A stretch of 64,000 nt of DNA from Chrysomallon squamiferum (taxonomy: Eukaryota > Animalia > Mollusca). Below, piece after piece: positions 1 through 15,399 of this stretch. The notes beneath the pieces are model-generated. The model was not told the DNA's origin and searched no databases. It saw nothing but the letters and a program-made list of their open reading frames with translations. The DNA is taken from contig CM022673.1 in the NCBI GenBank assembly GCA_012295275.1, forward strand, positions 15,996,001 to 16,060,000, in the 5' to 3' direction. Position numbers and translations under genes: made by a program. Position 1 is the first letter of the stretch. Each line of letters begins with the position of its first letter.

Positions 1-185
1 ATTAACTTACAATGTTTCCTCAGTAACAGCTATTACAAAATGGATATAGTGTTAAGTTTTCATTAATCAAATTACAGAATGATGCAAACGTGATGTCTTC
101 TAGAATAATATAATGGCAAATCGCCCGAATACGTCTATATTGTTAAATCGACTACTACTACTGGAAACCAGTCTTGTTCACAAAA

Positions 186-292
186 ATGGCAGCGCAAAGA
201 AGAACGGCACCTTACAAAGGCATTTTAAAACACACATCTTCCTTAGATAAACATGATCCACCTACTTCTCAGATGTCTCATCAGACCGAAGA
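186..292 (+). CDS. PPP1R2: PPP1R2 coding exon 1 ([16 protein letters not shown]...)
   Basis: ATG at 186, KGILK motif, donor GA|gtaagt, phase 2. Confidence 0.9.
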
Positions 293-1966
293 GTAAGTCA
301 GTCATTATAAAATTAAATGCACATAACAGTTAATACACCAGATTGCTGCTATCCAAATATGTAGTTATTAGCTTCGAGCTTAATAAAGTTATTTATATTA
401 TGATATTATTAATAATAATGCGATACATATTTATACTTTATTACATAATCAACGGGGTTTCTTTTGACACGTTTTGATATACATCATTCTGATAATGGGT
501 TTCCAAAAAGTTAATTAATTCACTCCTTGCTTTATAACTAGAATGCCTTATCATGATGAAGGAATTTCCCAAACAAAACAAGGAACTGTCAAACTGATTT
601 TGCTTGTCACATAGATAGATAAAACATAATCCCCACATACTACTGTTAATTATTTTATATCCATAAATGTATCCTTTTGGTATTTCTTTATTTTAGTATT
701 ATTATTATTGCTGGCATGAAAAGATTTTCTGTGTATGATTAAATATAAATTAACATACCCAAGGATTTACTCAAAGTTTGTCTTAAGGAAGTACCTTTTC
801 TTTTGGCATACAAGTCCTTGTATTACTGTTAGTAATGTAATATAAGATGTATTTCGAAATAGCATATATTAAACATTGTGAGTGGTTGTATTAAAGTTTA
901 TTATTATTATCATTATTATTATTATTGGTTTTTAGGCAAAAGAAACAAATGAAATGGGATGAGATGAATATCCTTGCAACAAACCACCCAGCAGACAAAG
1001 ATTATGGCCACATGAAGATAGATGAGCCACCCACCCCATACAGCAAATATTCTGACCCTGAAGATGAAGATATGGAGGAGCCTAGAAGAGGCAGCATTGG
1101 AAAAGCTGACACACAACTAGACCCAAATAGTTTGGCTTTAAAGTATGTGTTTCTCCAAACCTTTAGATCCATATTGATTTGAAAGTGAAATTAACTTAAC
1201 ATCAGAAAAAATTCACAGTCATTTTGAAATACCTTTGAATGGTGAGATGCTCTTTACAATGACTTGCCACAATCTTGAACATTTTTGTTTTTGATCATTT
1301 AGTTTTACAAAACATTTTTATTGCATTAAACCTATTGCCACATATTATTTTAAAATGCAGTATGTTGATATTTTGTCTTAGATTAGCAAGTACAAACAAA
1401 CCAAAGTTTGAGGAAAGAGAGGAAAGTTCAGAAGAGAGTTCAGATGAAGAAGAATATATGGATGAAAAAACAAAAGGTAATTTTAATTTTTTTCTTTCTT
1501 ATCTGTTCAATATTTATTTAACATCACTACATGTTAAATTATTCCTGTTATGTGTAGTGTGTAGAGATTTTGGTTAATTCATGACAAGTAAAATATATTT
1601 CAGGTTTATGCATTGTTCTTTGCCTATGAGTTTCCTGGCAGTGCATGCCTTAACAAAAAACCCAATGTTTGTCATTAACTGAAATAAAAAGACCCATTCC
1701 TTTCCATTTCTTTTTTAATTATTAATTAATATTTACTTTCAGCGGAACATGCATCATTTGAATTAAAACGGAAACTACATTACAATGAATTCCAGGCTGT
1801 ACAGCTGGCAAAGCGGCTAATGGCTGAAGAAGAAGATGATGATGAAGATGATGATGATGATGGAAGCAAGTCTGAGGGCTATAGTCAAAGCTCTTCTGTG
1901 GACAACCCTGTACAAATAGACACAGATAGTAATACACTAGATGATGAACATGGCATAAATAACTGA
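186..1966 (+). CDS. PPP1R2: Protein phosphatase 1 inhibitor-2; join(186..292,936..1142,1382..1476,1743..1966), 210 aa
   Basis: Spliced ORF of 633 nt with GT-AG introns and matching phases. It carries the I-2 motifs KGILK (SILK-type), KQMKWDE (RVxF-like), IDEPPTPY (Thr72-equivalent phosphosite) and RKLHYNE, plus acidic tracts. Confidence 0.95.
936..1142 (+). CDS. PPP1R2: PPP1R2 exon 2 ([15 protein letters not shown]...IDEPPTPY...)
   Basis: Acceptor tttag, donor AA|gtatgt, conserved I-2 core. Confidence 0.95.
1382..1476 (+). CDS. PPP1R2: PPP1R2 exon 3 (acidic linker)
   Basis: Acceptor cttag, donor G|gtaatt, phases 2 to 1 fit the neighbouring exons. Confidence 0.9.
1743..1966 (+). CDS. PPP1R2: PPP1R2 exon 4 ([12 protein letters not shown]... 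stop)
   Basis: Acceptor tttcag, HYNE motif, TGA at 1964-1966. Confidence 0.92.
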
Positions 1967-3771
1967 ATGATACAGATTTAAGTTGTAAAAAAATTAATAA
2001 TTAACAATAATAATATGCCTAGACAAAATAATGTGGTTGTCTGGTATGATTTGTTGTGGCTGCCATGACAACCACAAGCTTCAGACCTCAAGCTTCAAAC
2101 CTCAAGCTGATTATGGGTGTTATGGATACGTGTGGGATCACTGAAGCTTATCTGTTTACCATTGCTGTGACTGTTAGTGCAAGTATTAAATGACCTTTAA
2201 CCTTTGTTTTATGAATCCCCTTGTTTAGGTATCCAAGTTGGTCTCGGCTTATAGTTGAAATGAAACTGTTTATTTTTTATTTAGATATTTTGTTATCAAA
2301 ACAAAAATGGGAGGAAAAAAATTCTGAATGGATGTATGTCATTGTCAGATATGTTTGGGTTTTTTACCTGTAAAAATGAAATTTGAAAATGACTGAAATG
2401 AAATATAATTTAATATCAATTTCTTATTTCTTTTTTATTTAATTTTTTTTATATGAAAGAATGGATTTTTGACAAATAAAATGGAAGAAGTAAAAAAAGA
2501 ATATTTTTCAGTGGCTATGTTGAAGAAAGGACAAAGATTTAAAAAAATATTTTGTATTATTGTTTATGACTGAAAAGCTTACATAATTGTTTTAGTCCTT
2601 GGTTCTGTTTGAGTGAAGCATTGTGAAACCTAATAATAAGTATCTTGTTATAATACCAGAAAAAAGAAAAAAAATGTTGAATATTTTCTTTCATGTCCCC
2701 CAAATTGTAAGTAATGTAACTTTTCGTTTTTCTTTTTTTCTTTTCTTGACATAAAAAAATTTGAAACTCACCATTCCAGTAATTGTCAGTAATGGAAAAA
2801 ACAATAATGTATGTCTCTTGAATATGAAATTTATAGAGAAGGAGGTGTCTTGTTATGAAATTGAAAACATAATAGGAGCTAAGAGTAGGCATTCAAGATG
2901 TACATTTATTATTATTTTTATTTCAAGAATAGTTCCAGTAATGCTGCAGGAGATGGCAATATGAGAGACGTTCTGATGAAGAAATGTATTTATCATTTTT
3001 CAGTTAATTACCTTAAGTATACTGAAGTTTTAAATTACAGTTGTTAGCTTAACCTTGCATCTTGACCACATGTTAAATAATTTATCTGCTTCCTGCATTG
3101 ATAGTTAACTCATAGCTTCCAAATATAAAACTGTCCATAACAGAAAATTCACCTGTCTCTGCAGAATTCTGATATTATCCATAGATTGTGAAAATGGTCC
3201 TTGATGAAAAACTTAATCTTTTTTGTATTTAGAATTTGAATATTCCATAATGGAATTTCCTATAACATTCTGAAATGAGAAACCTACCACTTTTCTTTTT
3301 TCTTTGTTTGTTGTTTTTCTTTCACCATTCTGAATAATCCACAATGGACAACCTACCACATTTTATTTAAAAATCTGAACAGACTGTAATGGACAGCCCA
3401 TCTCATCTGTTTCTTTTTGAACTTTGAATAGCCCATACAAGACAACCCATAAAATATCTTGTTATTTCTTAAACATCTGTTTTCCCCTGTGCTGTACTTG
3501 TTTCTAATATGTGATGTTTTGACAATAATTCTGTTTGAATCAACTTGGATTAAGTCCTTGACAGTTATGTTACATGTTTAATTGCTGTTAGTGTTAATGC
3601 AAGCCAACATGTTTCATGATTTTCTTTGTTTGTTTATAAGTTGTTGCCTTTATTATGGGAGAGTTAAATGTTTTATTTGCTGTTGTATCCTATTATTTTA
3701 TTTATTATTTCTTTATTTTATAATCAATATATTTTTTAAAAATAAGTAAATAAAAATTATTTATTTATTAT

Positions 3772-3772
3772 A

Positions 3773-3831
<59 letters not shown>
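3772..3831. repeat. (ATT)n microsatellite
   Basis: Direct inspection. Confidence 0.95.
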
Positions 3832-3832
<1 letters not shown>

Positions 3833-6800
3833 TCTTTCTTTTTTTCTGGTGCTATAAAATGTCATTAGGGATATATTTTTAAAAGAATAAGATATATATA
3901 TATATATTTTACAGTAATATTTTACATGGCAAGATTCTATGGGTTAATTGGGTTGTTATAATTTAAATATTACTACTACAACTACTACTACCACTACTGT
4001 TATCTTAAAAATGCTATACCAGACATATATATTTATAATTAGTTACTTACAAGAATTCTGTAATAAAGGATTAACCTCATAGTTGGGTAAAAATATTTTG
4101 GTGAAATAATTATCAGTTTTTAAAACTTGGGAAATATAATAGAGAGTAATTTAAAGTTGTGATCAAAATATCAACAGACATAGGTAGATTTTCCACACTT
4201 TGAATGTTTAAGCTGGTACAATAAGCGCCTTGATGTATGTCTTCTAGTAAGTGTAAAGATTGATTCTGTTTATCTTACAGTGTGTTCAAAATTGTTGGCA
4301 TAGTGAATGATCTAGTTTGCCTGTGATATATTGAAATAAAGAAGCACATTATTAATACTAGTTGGTCAGAGTTTTATTTATTGAAACTGACCTTAATTTT
4401 ATCAGGTATTTTGATCACATAGGTAAAAATGATGAACTGCATTTTAAAGCAATATATTGATATATTCTTACTCTTTTTTTGTTTGTTTTTTTATCATTAT
4501 TTTTATTATTTATTTTGTTACTGTTATACATTGTTGTTGGTTTTTTTTAGGGGTATTGAAATATAATTTGTTTTATATGCAACAAAGAATAATGTAAATT
4601 CATCTTACCTTACACCTATATAACTAACACTTATTCTTGGTATTTATTTTTTGGAATGTTTGATATTTTTAATTTTGTTCTTCTCATGGTATAGTTATTA
4701 TTTTATTTATTCATTTAATTTTATATTTTTTAATTATTTTTTAATATTTTTTTATTGATGTATTATTACTAATTGTTATTATTGTTAATTGTTTATCTAT
4801 TTATAATTTTGATAAACTGCTTATAATGTAGATTGATTGTTTTGTTGTTGTACATAGTTAACATTCATTCATGTACTAAACATTTCCTTTTTAATAGATA
4901 ACAAACAACAGAAAAGACATTTTCTTACAAACACAAAAATCTTTGGTTTTATAACAGTTTTATTGTCAGATCTAAAATAAGTACTTAATATTTCATACAT
5001 ATTCTGATACCTACATGCTTGCACCCACCCACCCACCCCACCCCACCCCCCACACACACAAAGATCTACATATATACTGAGAGAATGATGGCAACATAAG
5101 AAGAAAATCACCATGATGAAATACTCTTTAATACAAACTTGAATTAGTCGATTGCCAATTTGTAAAGGCTGTTTCAAAATGGGTAACAAAAATTTCCATT
5201 AAAACTATAGTGCTAAGTAAAATGCACATTTAACATATCATTTTGTTTCCTACATAAATTAGTTGTAATAATTTATTTATTAGCATTATATCAAATACTT
5301 AAACAAAAAAACAATTAAACCTTTCACTTGAAAGTATACAAAATATATTTTGGCCATTATGTCATATAATTAAGTATATAGTTAAGTAAGAAACATAAAT
5401 TCACTTTAAAATGTTCTTCTGTTATTTGTTCTCATCTACTTAGGTAAATTTTAATAAAACTGTCAAGGAAATCAGTACAAGATATGTGCAGGCTTTACAT
5501 CCTGAAAAACTTAAATAATTATTATGATTTAAATAATTTATCTTTTATTATAAATTGTGTATGGATCCAGACTTTAGCCATAACTTGTAAATGCGGCCAG
5601 CCATAAAAATCAGGAACTGTTACAATTGTTTCTTCAGTTTTAGTGATGGTATCAAAATGAGAATTGTCCAAAATGGTTTTGAATGAAGACAATCCTGTCA
5701 TTAAACAATTCATGTGTCAATAGGGTTTTTGTTGTGTTTATTTCTTTTTTATTTACTTACTTTTTTACTAATTTGTTTAATTTATTTTTTTTATTGTAAT
5801 TTGTTTATTTATTTTTTACATAAATGTGTGTGTGTGTGTTTAGCATGTGTTTAGCATATTTTTGAATGCTATTTCTTGTTTTCTAATGGTGAAATAGGCA
5901 ATATATGTATTGTGTGATGGTAATAACAGATGTGGTTCATAAATGGATACATAAATGAATACGTGGCTACAAAATCATTCATGTTTATTTATTTTAAATC
6001 AGCTTTGCAGAATTTATTTTAAAAACTGCTATGCAAAAAAAATAACAGTAGTTCAGTTTCAAAATTCATTTACTAATCAAAAGTTCAAAAACATTCAAAA
6101 CAATCTCGGTGATGTCAAAACAAATATGATTTTGTATATAATAATGATAATAATTCTCACTGAGTTGCATTATCACAATCTGAGTGTAATACTTCATTAT
6201 CTTTAAAAAAATAATTAAAAAAAAAAAAACCTTTTTTTTAGTTATAATTGCTTTAGTATTTTTTTAAATTTTATTTGAAATACCATGAAACAGAAAATAT
6301 TATTTTCCATGCATCCATGTAAATTTGTTATTTTAGTGTCATATTTATTTATTAGTAGCAAAGATTAGACATCAGCAACAAAAAAAATCACTATAGTATA
6401 CAAAATATATTATGGCTATTTTTACATACCAAGGAAGGTATACAGTAATAATAATAGTATTATCATTGATGATGATGATGATGATGATTCTCATCATCAT
6501 TTTAAGCCCGTCAGTAATTTCAGAAATATTTTCACGGTTCCCTTTTTACTTTTATCAAGTTAATCATTATGTACTTTAGAGCCAAATGTAAGGCCTGAAA
6601 GCATTTTAAATTTTTAATTCCACCATAGTAAAGAAAATTTATTTTATATAACTGACATATCTATTATTTTGTAATAGGCTCCAAATGATGCAAAAAAATG
6701 TTAAAATAAATTCAGAATTAAATAAGGTTCTACAAATATTTTACTTTATTTATTTATTTATATTTCTTATACTTTTTTTTTTTTATGTTTTATTTATTTA

Positions 6801-8684
6801 TCATTTATTTATTTAGTATTTTTTTTTTATTTTTTTTTTATGTGTGTGTTTTGTCAGTTAAGATTAAAAACTTAATTCTGAATCAAGATACAATAAAGCT
6901 GCATTAAATAACTCAGTCTATATAAACATTTTATTCTTTTAAAATTAATTAAGGCAAATCTGTTAATAATATAATGTTGCTTGATGTACACTTTTTTCTT
7001 CTTTTCCTTCCCCCTTAGGTTATCTCAAGCCTGACTATCCTGTTTATTTGTCCATGAATTACCTTTTTAGTGCCTTGCCCATAAATGTTACTGTTACAGA
7101 AACAAAATGTAAGCTGTATTTAGTTTCCTGATTCTATTATTATGTGTTTTTTTTTTTGGGGGGGGGGTATTTTTATTTTTTTATTTATTTTTTTATTTAT
7201 TTATTATTATTAAAATTTGAAATGTTAACATTACCATAAATATTGTGGCATTTATCTAAAATAAATCTTATATTTGTTCTGCTGATACATATTTTTATAT
7301 CATTTGTGTATTACAGGTATATTTTATATATTCAGTATGCCACATCTATGCGGCACCTCCTCCATTTTGTCTTAAACTAGACTTTATAATTTTTGTTGTG
7401 TGTCTTGAATATTTTGTCACTGATTTATTTGAATGCATATTTTTCTGTTCTGTGAAATATTGATGATTTTTTAAAACTCAGTAATGACTGAAGTTGTGAT
7501 TTATTAAAAAATAAAATAAAGAACCCCAAATCAATTGCAGTTGAAAATCAATTTGTTTATTAATTTCATTATCATAATTTTCCAATTTCATTATTTTTCC
7601 TTTATATATTTAGTTTTTTATTTAATAATTATTTATTGAATTCTTTTTATTCTTAAAAAATTTTTATTTTATTTTCAATTATAAAATTTAAAAATATTAA
7701 ATTAAAAAATATATCAAATGAAATATTAATCACATAACAAGCTATATAAATTACTTACATAATTATAAAATTATTGTATCATTTTATGACAGTAAAAATA
7801 AATATAAATAATTATAACTCTGTTTACCAAAATGAAACAAAAAATAAGATTACTGTTTATTTACATATTGAAAATCACTGATTTAATTTCTTGAGTAGCT
7901 TTTAGCAACTGCTGTAGTATTTGTATGGAAAGTGATCGTATTAGAAGTTATAGTAATATTTGGTGTATGAAATCATATTTTCATTAATCCCGAGAACTGT
8001 TTACTTCTATCCTAGTTCATATTTTTCCCATTATGTGGCAGTGAAAAGAATAAGCTTTTTCATTTTTGAAACTGAAAATATAATTCAAGACAAAAGTAAA
8101 AACAAATCACAAAATAATTGATGTATATTTGACAGGAAAAATGCTTGTGCCACTCTCTAAGTTGAGGAAATACATTTTTAATTTTGAAGCATCTAGGTAG
8201 ATTTGTTAAATCACTTTTTTTCTTTTTCTTTTTTTAAATTTTGGTGCTCTTAAAAAATAAAGCTTTTAATTCTGATGTTTTAGTTTTGTTTAATTTTGGG
8301 ACTTTAAAAAAAAATCAAAAGTGTTAAAAATGAAAATTATGATTAAAGTGGTTTATTTTGGCTGATGGGGGTCACAAATGGTGAAATAATATGTCTGTGC
8401 AAAATGAAATCTGTATTTGTATGATTGTATATATATATATATATCTAGGAATATATTCTGTAATAGCTGATGGTCTTCGTAACTCTTGTATTAATAAACA
8501 GTGCTTATTGAAATGTCATGTAAATGAATAATAATTAAAAAAAAATTAATAGAAAAAATTGTTTTATTTAAATTTGTTAAAATTTTAAATTTATTTTTGT
8601 GAAATGGTTTTTTTGGGTTCATAATCTAAACATAAAATTAACCAGTTTGAAAATAGTAAATTTTATATATTTGTATCCACTGAG

Positions 8685-8723
<39 letters not shown>

Positions 8724-10116
8724 TTGTTTATATAGTGTATGAGTGTGTTTTGTCATCTTGTATTTTTTAAATTTAATTTTATTTTGTTTCTTGATCAGGA
8801 GGGAAGACAATGAGAAAAAGAAACAACTTGGCATCAAAGCTTTTTGTTTTTATTCAAAATATTTACAGAAAGTTCAATTAAATTTGCTATTTTTCAATAC
8901 CATGCAAAGCAGAATGAAAACCAGTCCAAATAGTTTAAAATTTTATTACCAGTTTAAAAGATCATTCCACTTTAGAACATTTAGAAGTAAAGAAATACAT
9001 TTTGGAAAACAACAATTTTTAAAAATGTAATAATCTTCATGCAATCAGAGACCCAGAAGAAGAAAAAGATAAATACTTTTGAAAATGTACTTATACACTG
9101 ATCATTTAACAAACTGTCTACCTGATTTGACGGTGACCATTTTAAAATGTGGACAGTGTGTTCAGTTAGTAACTTCTAAAATTCAAGTAGGCATCTTTAC
9201 AAAACTTTATTAGTAAACTGTTAATGAAGCCAGTTTTACAAAGCATGTTAGTCAAAATTCTGTTATACATCAGTATCAAATGGTTAATAACAATTGAAAA
9301 ACAATTTTATTGATGTCATTTTTCAATGAGCAACAGTAGAAAAAGAAATACATGAAAAATATTTGTAAAATTTTAAAGGTTTATAAGCAAAATTATTTTA
9401 ACTGCTCCAAGACAAAGTTTGAAAAAAAAGAAGTAATATTAAGTACAATCTGACAATAGAAATTATCTTTTTTCAGGTTATTTATTTTTTTTTTTTCAAA
9501 AATGCTTACCTATTCTGCAATTAAGTATTTGGTTTAAATGCTCCAAGTCAAAATGTTTTCAAGTTTGATCAAATAATACAACATAAAATCTGACAATAAC
9601 AATTATGTTTTTATTAGGTTATTTACTTACTTGTTTATTCATTATTTATTTACTTATTTAACAAGGCTTAGTGATTCCATAGTTAAGTATTTGGCTTAAA
9701 GTGTGATAATTCTAAAATGGCATTCTGGATCCTGGTACCAGCTCCAACTAAAAGCTAGAAAGATATTCTAATTCTTTAACATACTAGCACTTAATGGGCA
9801 AATAACACTGTTCCAAGTTGTTTTAAGTTACCAGGACAGATATAATTGCATCTATCAAAGATAAAATTATATTTAAAATTCTTCTCCAAGTAAATGTTTT
9901 TTAAAACTTTCATTTTGGTTTTCTATTTAACACAAATTGAATCAAGCACCTCTATGTAATGATATTAATATGTAGCAGAGATCAGTTTGAGCAAAATTTG
10001 TTTCCACAACTTATCATCAGCAGTAGAAGTTCCATGAATTGAACTCAGTACCTCAAAATACACACTACCAAAATAATTATAATGAAGGCTTATATTAAGC
10101 AATTTCTTTTAATCTT

Positions 10117-10154
<38 letters not shown>

Positions 10155-11974
10155 CATATATATTTCATACATTAAAAAAACATATATTGCTTTCAGAAAA
10201 ACTGAATATATTTTTTTGCCCATCAGAAGAAGCCATTCCAAAGTATTTTCTGAAAAAGAGATTTGCATAAAACTTCACTTTATAAATGACCTGATCACTT
10301 GAGGCTATTTCCATACTTAAATGAGAGTCTCAGAAAATTTAAAATTACCATAAAATCAAGTCCTGGAAAAATGTATGAATGAAACATCTTTACAGGGACA
10401 CACAGACACAGCCCAAGATGCTAACTGAGACAAACAGCCTCAGTATTTTTTACATCTTTTTACAAAAATTCCATTCAATTCTATCAGGAAAACAGCTTTT
10501 GTGAACTGACTTTGGTCTGAAAAGCAAAAGCAGAAATTTTTTTGAAGATAAAAATTGATGAAATGTTGAGAAATAATTCAAGATGAAAACTAATCTTGAC
10601 AAGAGACATTAAAATTTAGTTTTCAGTGGCTTTAAGGGAAGGAGTGTGAAGTAAATCAACATTCAAAAGATTTTAACTGTTTACTCTTTTATACTGAACT
10701 ATGAATATTTGTCACGAGAAAGTGGTTTATGAAGGTTATATGGCAAAATTTTTAATGTTAAAAACAATTTTTTTTTGTCTGTGTGTATGTATGTGTGTGT
10801 CTTATGTTAAAGAATTATTTAAATTGTGAACTGTTCCCTTTATTACAGACAATATGCTTATATATACATACTCACTCTTATGTACACATGCATTGACACA
10901 CACACACACACACACACAGACAGCAAGAATATACATACGTACACAAACTCTAACATCAAAATATCAATTTAAAAAAAAAAAATTATTAATTGAAATATTA
11001 AGGAAAATAACAATCTATAGCTGATATTCAAAAAGTAATTAAAGCTTAGTTTAATAAATTACAGATTTTTCGAAAGGAAAAGACATTAATTAGAAATATC
11101 CCACAGGATATTTTAACATATAAAAATTCTAAATACAGTTGTTATTATGAGTTAGTTTTCAAGTCACCCATTATCGTCTTACTTTTTAAAAACTATTTAA
11201 ATACTGATCCACTCATGTCAAATGTTTTACCTGTTATCATTTTCACTAATCTATACATACACTAATCCTCATAGTTTAACTACATATAAAATAAACTGTG
11301 AAAATTAATTTTTAATGTGCTGCAACATGGCTTACATAAGTCTTAGAATCAGTGAAGTTGTTACAAGTGACTAGAATTAGCTTGTTTTGTTAGTGTTACA
11401 AAAGAGTCTCATTTTATGTTCTACATTCATTTCTTATTTCTTTTGTGTTAAGCAAGTTTGGTTCTCAGATCTTATGGCTATGTACATCATTGTAAATAAA
11501 CTTTTAAAATGAATTACAACAAAACCATTGCAATTTAATGGTACCTCCCTCATGCATATGTCAAAACTGTAGGTTAATCCACATGTATGTGCATTTGTTT
11601 GTGTATCCTTGTATACATTTGTCTGTCTATGTGTTTGTGAGCATATTCAGTTATTGTTAGCATTTTAAAATAAAAATTGAGCAAGCATTGTTATTAGATT
11701 TATTTATAAATAACAAGCAAAAGAAGGTTTACAGTTTCAAATTAAATCTGAAATGAGCTATACCTTACCACTAAAATGTACAAAATTCCATTAAAAAACA
11801 AAATAGTAAGTGGAACATTATGGCTCAGAACGAACTGTCATGGCAGAATCAATAACTCTGGTCACCTGAATACTTAATGAATAATTGTTGTGTACGTAAA
11901 TAATTAAATAATACAATTATGATTTAAATCAAATACTAGTAGTCATTAACAAAACAAGCAGTAAATGTTTTAGG

Positions 11975-12280
11975 AGTTTAATAAAATATAAGCATATACA
12001 TTCTAAATGAAGCATACAAAATAAAGGCATATACATACTAAATAACTCAAAATAATTTGTAATAAAATAAATAAATACTAAATAACTCAAAATGTAATAA
12101 AAACACATAAAGTAACTCAAAATGCAATAAAATAAAGACACATTCAAGCTAGATAACTGAATATTAATAAAGACCCATACAAACAAGATTAACTCAATGT
12201 GTAATAAAAATAAAGACTCATACATACAAGATGACTTAAAGTGTTATAAAATAAATACACATTAAACAACTCATAACAAA
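11975..12280. repeat. Degenerate A-rich tandem repeat (taactcaaaatgtaataaaataaa...)
   Basis: Recurrent taactcaa and aataaaataaa units. Confidence 0.55.
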
Positions 12281-15200
12281 ATAAGATTTACTTCTGGACG
12301 GGTTTTGTCTCATACGCATATTTGGAGATTAAACAAAAAAATAAAAAGTATTTTCAGCTAAATTCAATGGCAAATGTATCACAGAATTAATTTAAAATAA
12401 ATATACTGAGAATCAAAATAAAAAGAAGAAAGCTAAACAGAAAAATCTGTTACATACAAGCATCTAAATTGAAAAGTTGAGCAATAAAGTGACTGATGAT
12501 ATTAACTAATTGTGGTCATAAATAAAGAAAATAACAACAAACTATATGAACTATGAGAAGTGGTGGGGAAAATGAAGTGGATTAACTCTTCACAAAATGG
12601 GATTTGTGGAAAATTTGATACTGTAAGAAAATACATATATATGTGTATAAATAAATAAATAAATAAATAAATAAAATAATTTCCGAATTTTCTTACATAT
12701 ACATATATTCTCTTGCTTAAAATACAATTTTCGTCCTTTTCTTTCTTTCATTTTCTACATTCATAATAAAAAAAGTTGATTCTAAATATTGTTTTCAGGC
12801 TTTGCCAGCCTCGTTTTACCATCATTTAATAATCAAACATTTTCCTTACATCCCTCCTATCCCATCCATAACATAACATCATTTCCTAAATAATCATAAC
12901 ACGTTTCTGTCTGGCAATACATGGTTGTCTTGGAAACATCTGCCAGGATGAGTGGACCGTTCCAAGACATTAATGCTTAAATATGATTTTAGATCAATGG
13001 TTAGCTGATAAAACAGCAAAATCTATATTTTTTTGTCAAACACATATCGAAGGCAATGAATAATGATAAATGATATAAAAATAAAAATAATAATAATAAT
13101 AATAAAGTGTAAAAACAAACTGAAAAACTTCTTGTTGGAGGTAGATAATTTTTGGATAATTTTTGGTTTTGATTTAATATCTATTTAATGTTGTTGTTTT
13201 CTTTATTCTTTTTTTTTTTTGTTGCTTTTGTTTGTTGTTTTTTTACAATTATTATTTGTTTTACTTTCTATTTGTAAATGAAAAAAAAAGTAATATATAT
13301 ATATATATAGTCAGACAGACAGACAGACTGATACAGATACAGATACAGATACATATACATAGTTTTCTTTTTAGTTTGACATTTGATGGTTTCCACACTG
13401 ATCATATTAAAATGATTTAGATCTTTTTTTTATATTTTAAATCAAACAATCATTCAACTTGACTATTTTATACATAAACTGAATATTCTATAGCTAAGAT
13501 TCTTAAAAAATAAGTTTGCCATAAATAAAAAAATAGTGAAGCCTGGAGTGTTTTTTTGAAGTTGGGTTTTTTTAAAGACAAATTACATTATAGATACATT
13601 AATAAAGAAATTTAATATCTTAAAAAGAAAGAAAAAAGAGAAATTATTAATGGACTACTTATTATATTGTTCTGACAGACATGTCTTCCATACAATCTCC
13701 AATATTTTACAAATCACAAAATTAATATTACTCTTCCAGGTTTTTTAGAGGACATCTGTCCATTAAAGATTTTTCTTTCACTGAATTACATATTTATGTG
13801 CAGTCTTCCTACACTATAATGCTAAAATAACTGGCTAAAATAGTTGTATAACAGGTGCCAGGGTCTTAAGGACAATATATTTATTTTAGTGTGGTGTGCA
13901 TGTGTGCGTGTGTGTGTCTGTGGTGTGTGTGTGTGTGTGTGTGTGTGCACATGCTTCCATTATGTGTGAATCTGTATACTTTAGGCAGCATGTTAATGCT
14001 TTCATAGCTTGCAACAGTCTGAATATTTCTTAAATATTTAAATGTCAACGTGATTTGTAATTTGATTAAGAGCTTTTAATGATTATGTAAATTAAATACA
14101 AACTTCTTACATTCATACATAGGTAGCTAAGAAATGCCACCAATTTTTTTTAGACTTTTGAACATAATAAATTAATTATGTGTAAAATCTAGAGATTGAA
14201 GCATATACATTATGCAACATTTTTTTTTTTTAAACTTCAAATTCAAGAGAGCCAGTTTTTCCTTTAAATATTAAAATTTTGACTTTTAAAGTTTAGAAAG
14301 CCATTAAAAAAAAAAAAAAAAAAAAAATCAATGAAAAAAAGGTTCATCCACTTCTAAAATTACATATACCTATTTAAGTTTTAAAAAAAATTAAACTTGA
14401 AAACCTCTATAAAGCAAAAAAATAATTAATTTTTTTAAATAAACCAAAATAGAAACTTTACAAAAATTCACAATAGTCAGTAAGTGTTGACAGATGATGT
14501 GTATTATTAGTAATATTATATGTACTATCTTTTGAAATGTTACTTTTTTCTATTAACAAAAATTCAATATCTTTTTACATATATCTGAAAAAAAATATTT
14601 TAGCATATTCTAATCATACCACTTTTAATTCCAAATTATTATATTCAGTAAAAAACAAAAAACTCATAAAATTAATTAAACAAAATAAATTAACCAATTC
14701 AACACAGTGAAGATAAAGATATATTACAAGAATGACAATTAAAATTTATTATTTAAAAAAAAAAAAAAAAATTTATACAGAATGATCAGATGCAAGCATG
14801 TGAAAAATGCCATTAAATCAAACTTAAATTTTAATTTTAATAATGATAATGAAAATAATAATCAGAAGTAAACTGTCCGATTATTCTCATTATTTTTTTG
14901 GTAACAAATTAAAAAAAATAATAAATAAATAAAATTTCAGTCTATTAATAATTTACAGAGAATGTCTGTATTTAATTTTTAAATCTTTTTTCTTCTTCTT
15001 TTGTTTGTACTATATTCTACAATGCATTAAAATTTCAACGTTATCTGAAATATTAATGAAAATAAGTTATATTTACTTGAATAATTAAACACTTAAAACT
15101 TCATTAAGATATTTACTTTAAAAATTAACATTTTAATCAAAAAGAGAAACAAAAAGGCACACCACAAACCCAAAGTATGTGATCAACATTAACTATTGCA

Positions 15201-15399
15201 CACTTGTCTACAGAAGCAATGTATAAACTGTACTTTTCTTATATAAAAGTATCAAATATAAGTTAATATCTATGTACACAGCCAGACAAGAACAACATAA
15301 TCTTAATTAAAAACACCAGTATGTACCAATAGACAACACTAAGAAAGTTTAATTTTGTATCTTGGAGAGAAAAGAAAAATGTATATATGCAAGTTATGC

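Noticed and set aside
9447-9700. Short degenerate direct duplication (aatctgacaata...aagtatttgg)
   Set aside because: An ordinary local tandem duplication with no coding or structural signal.
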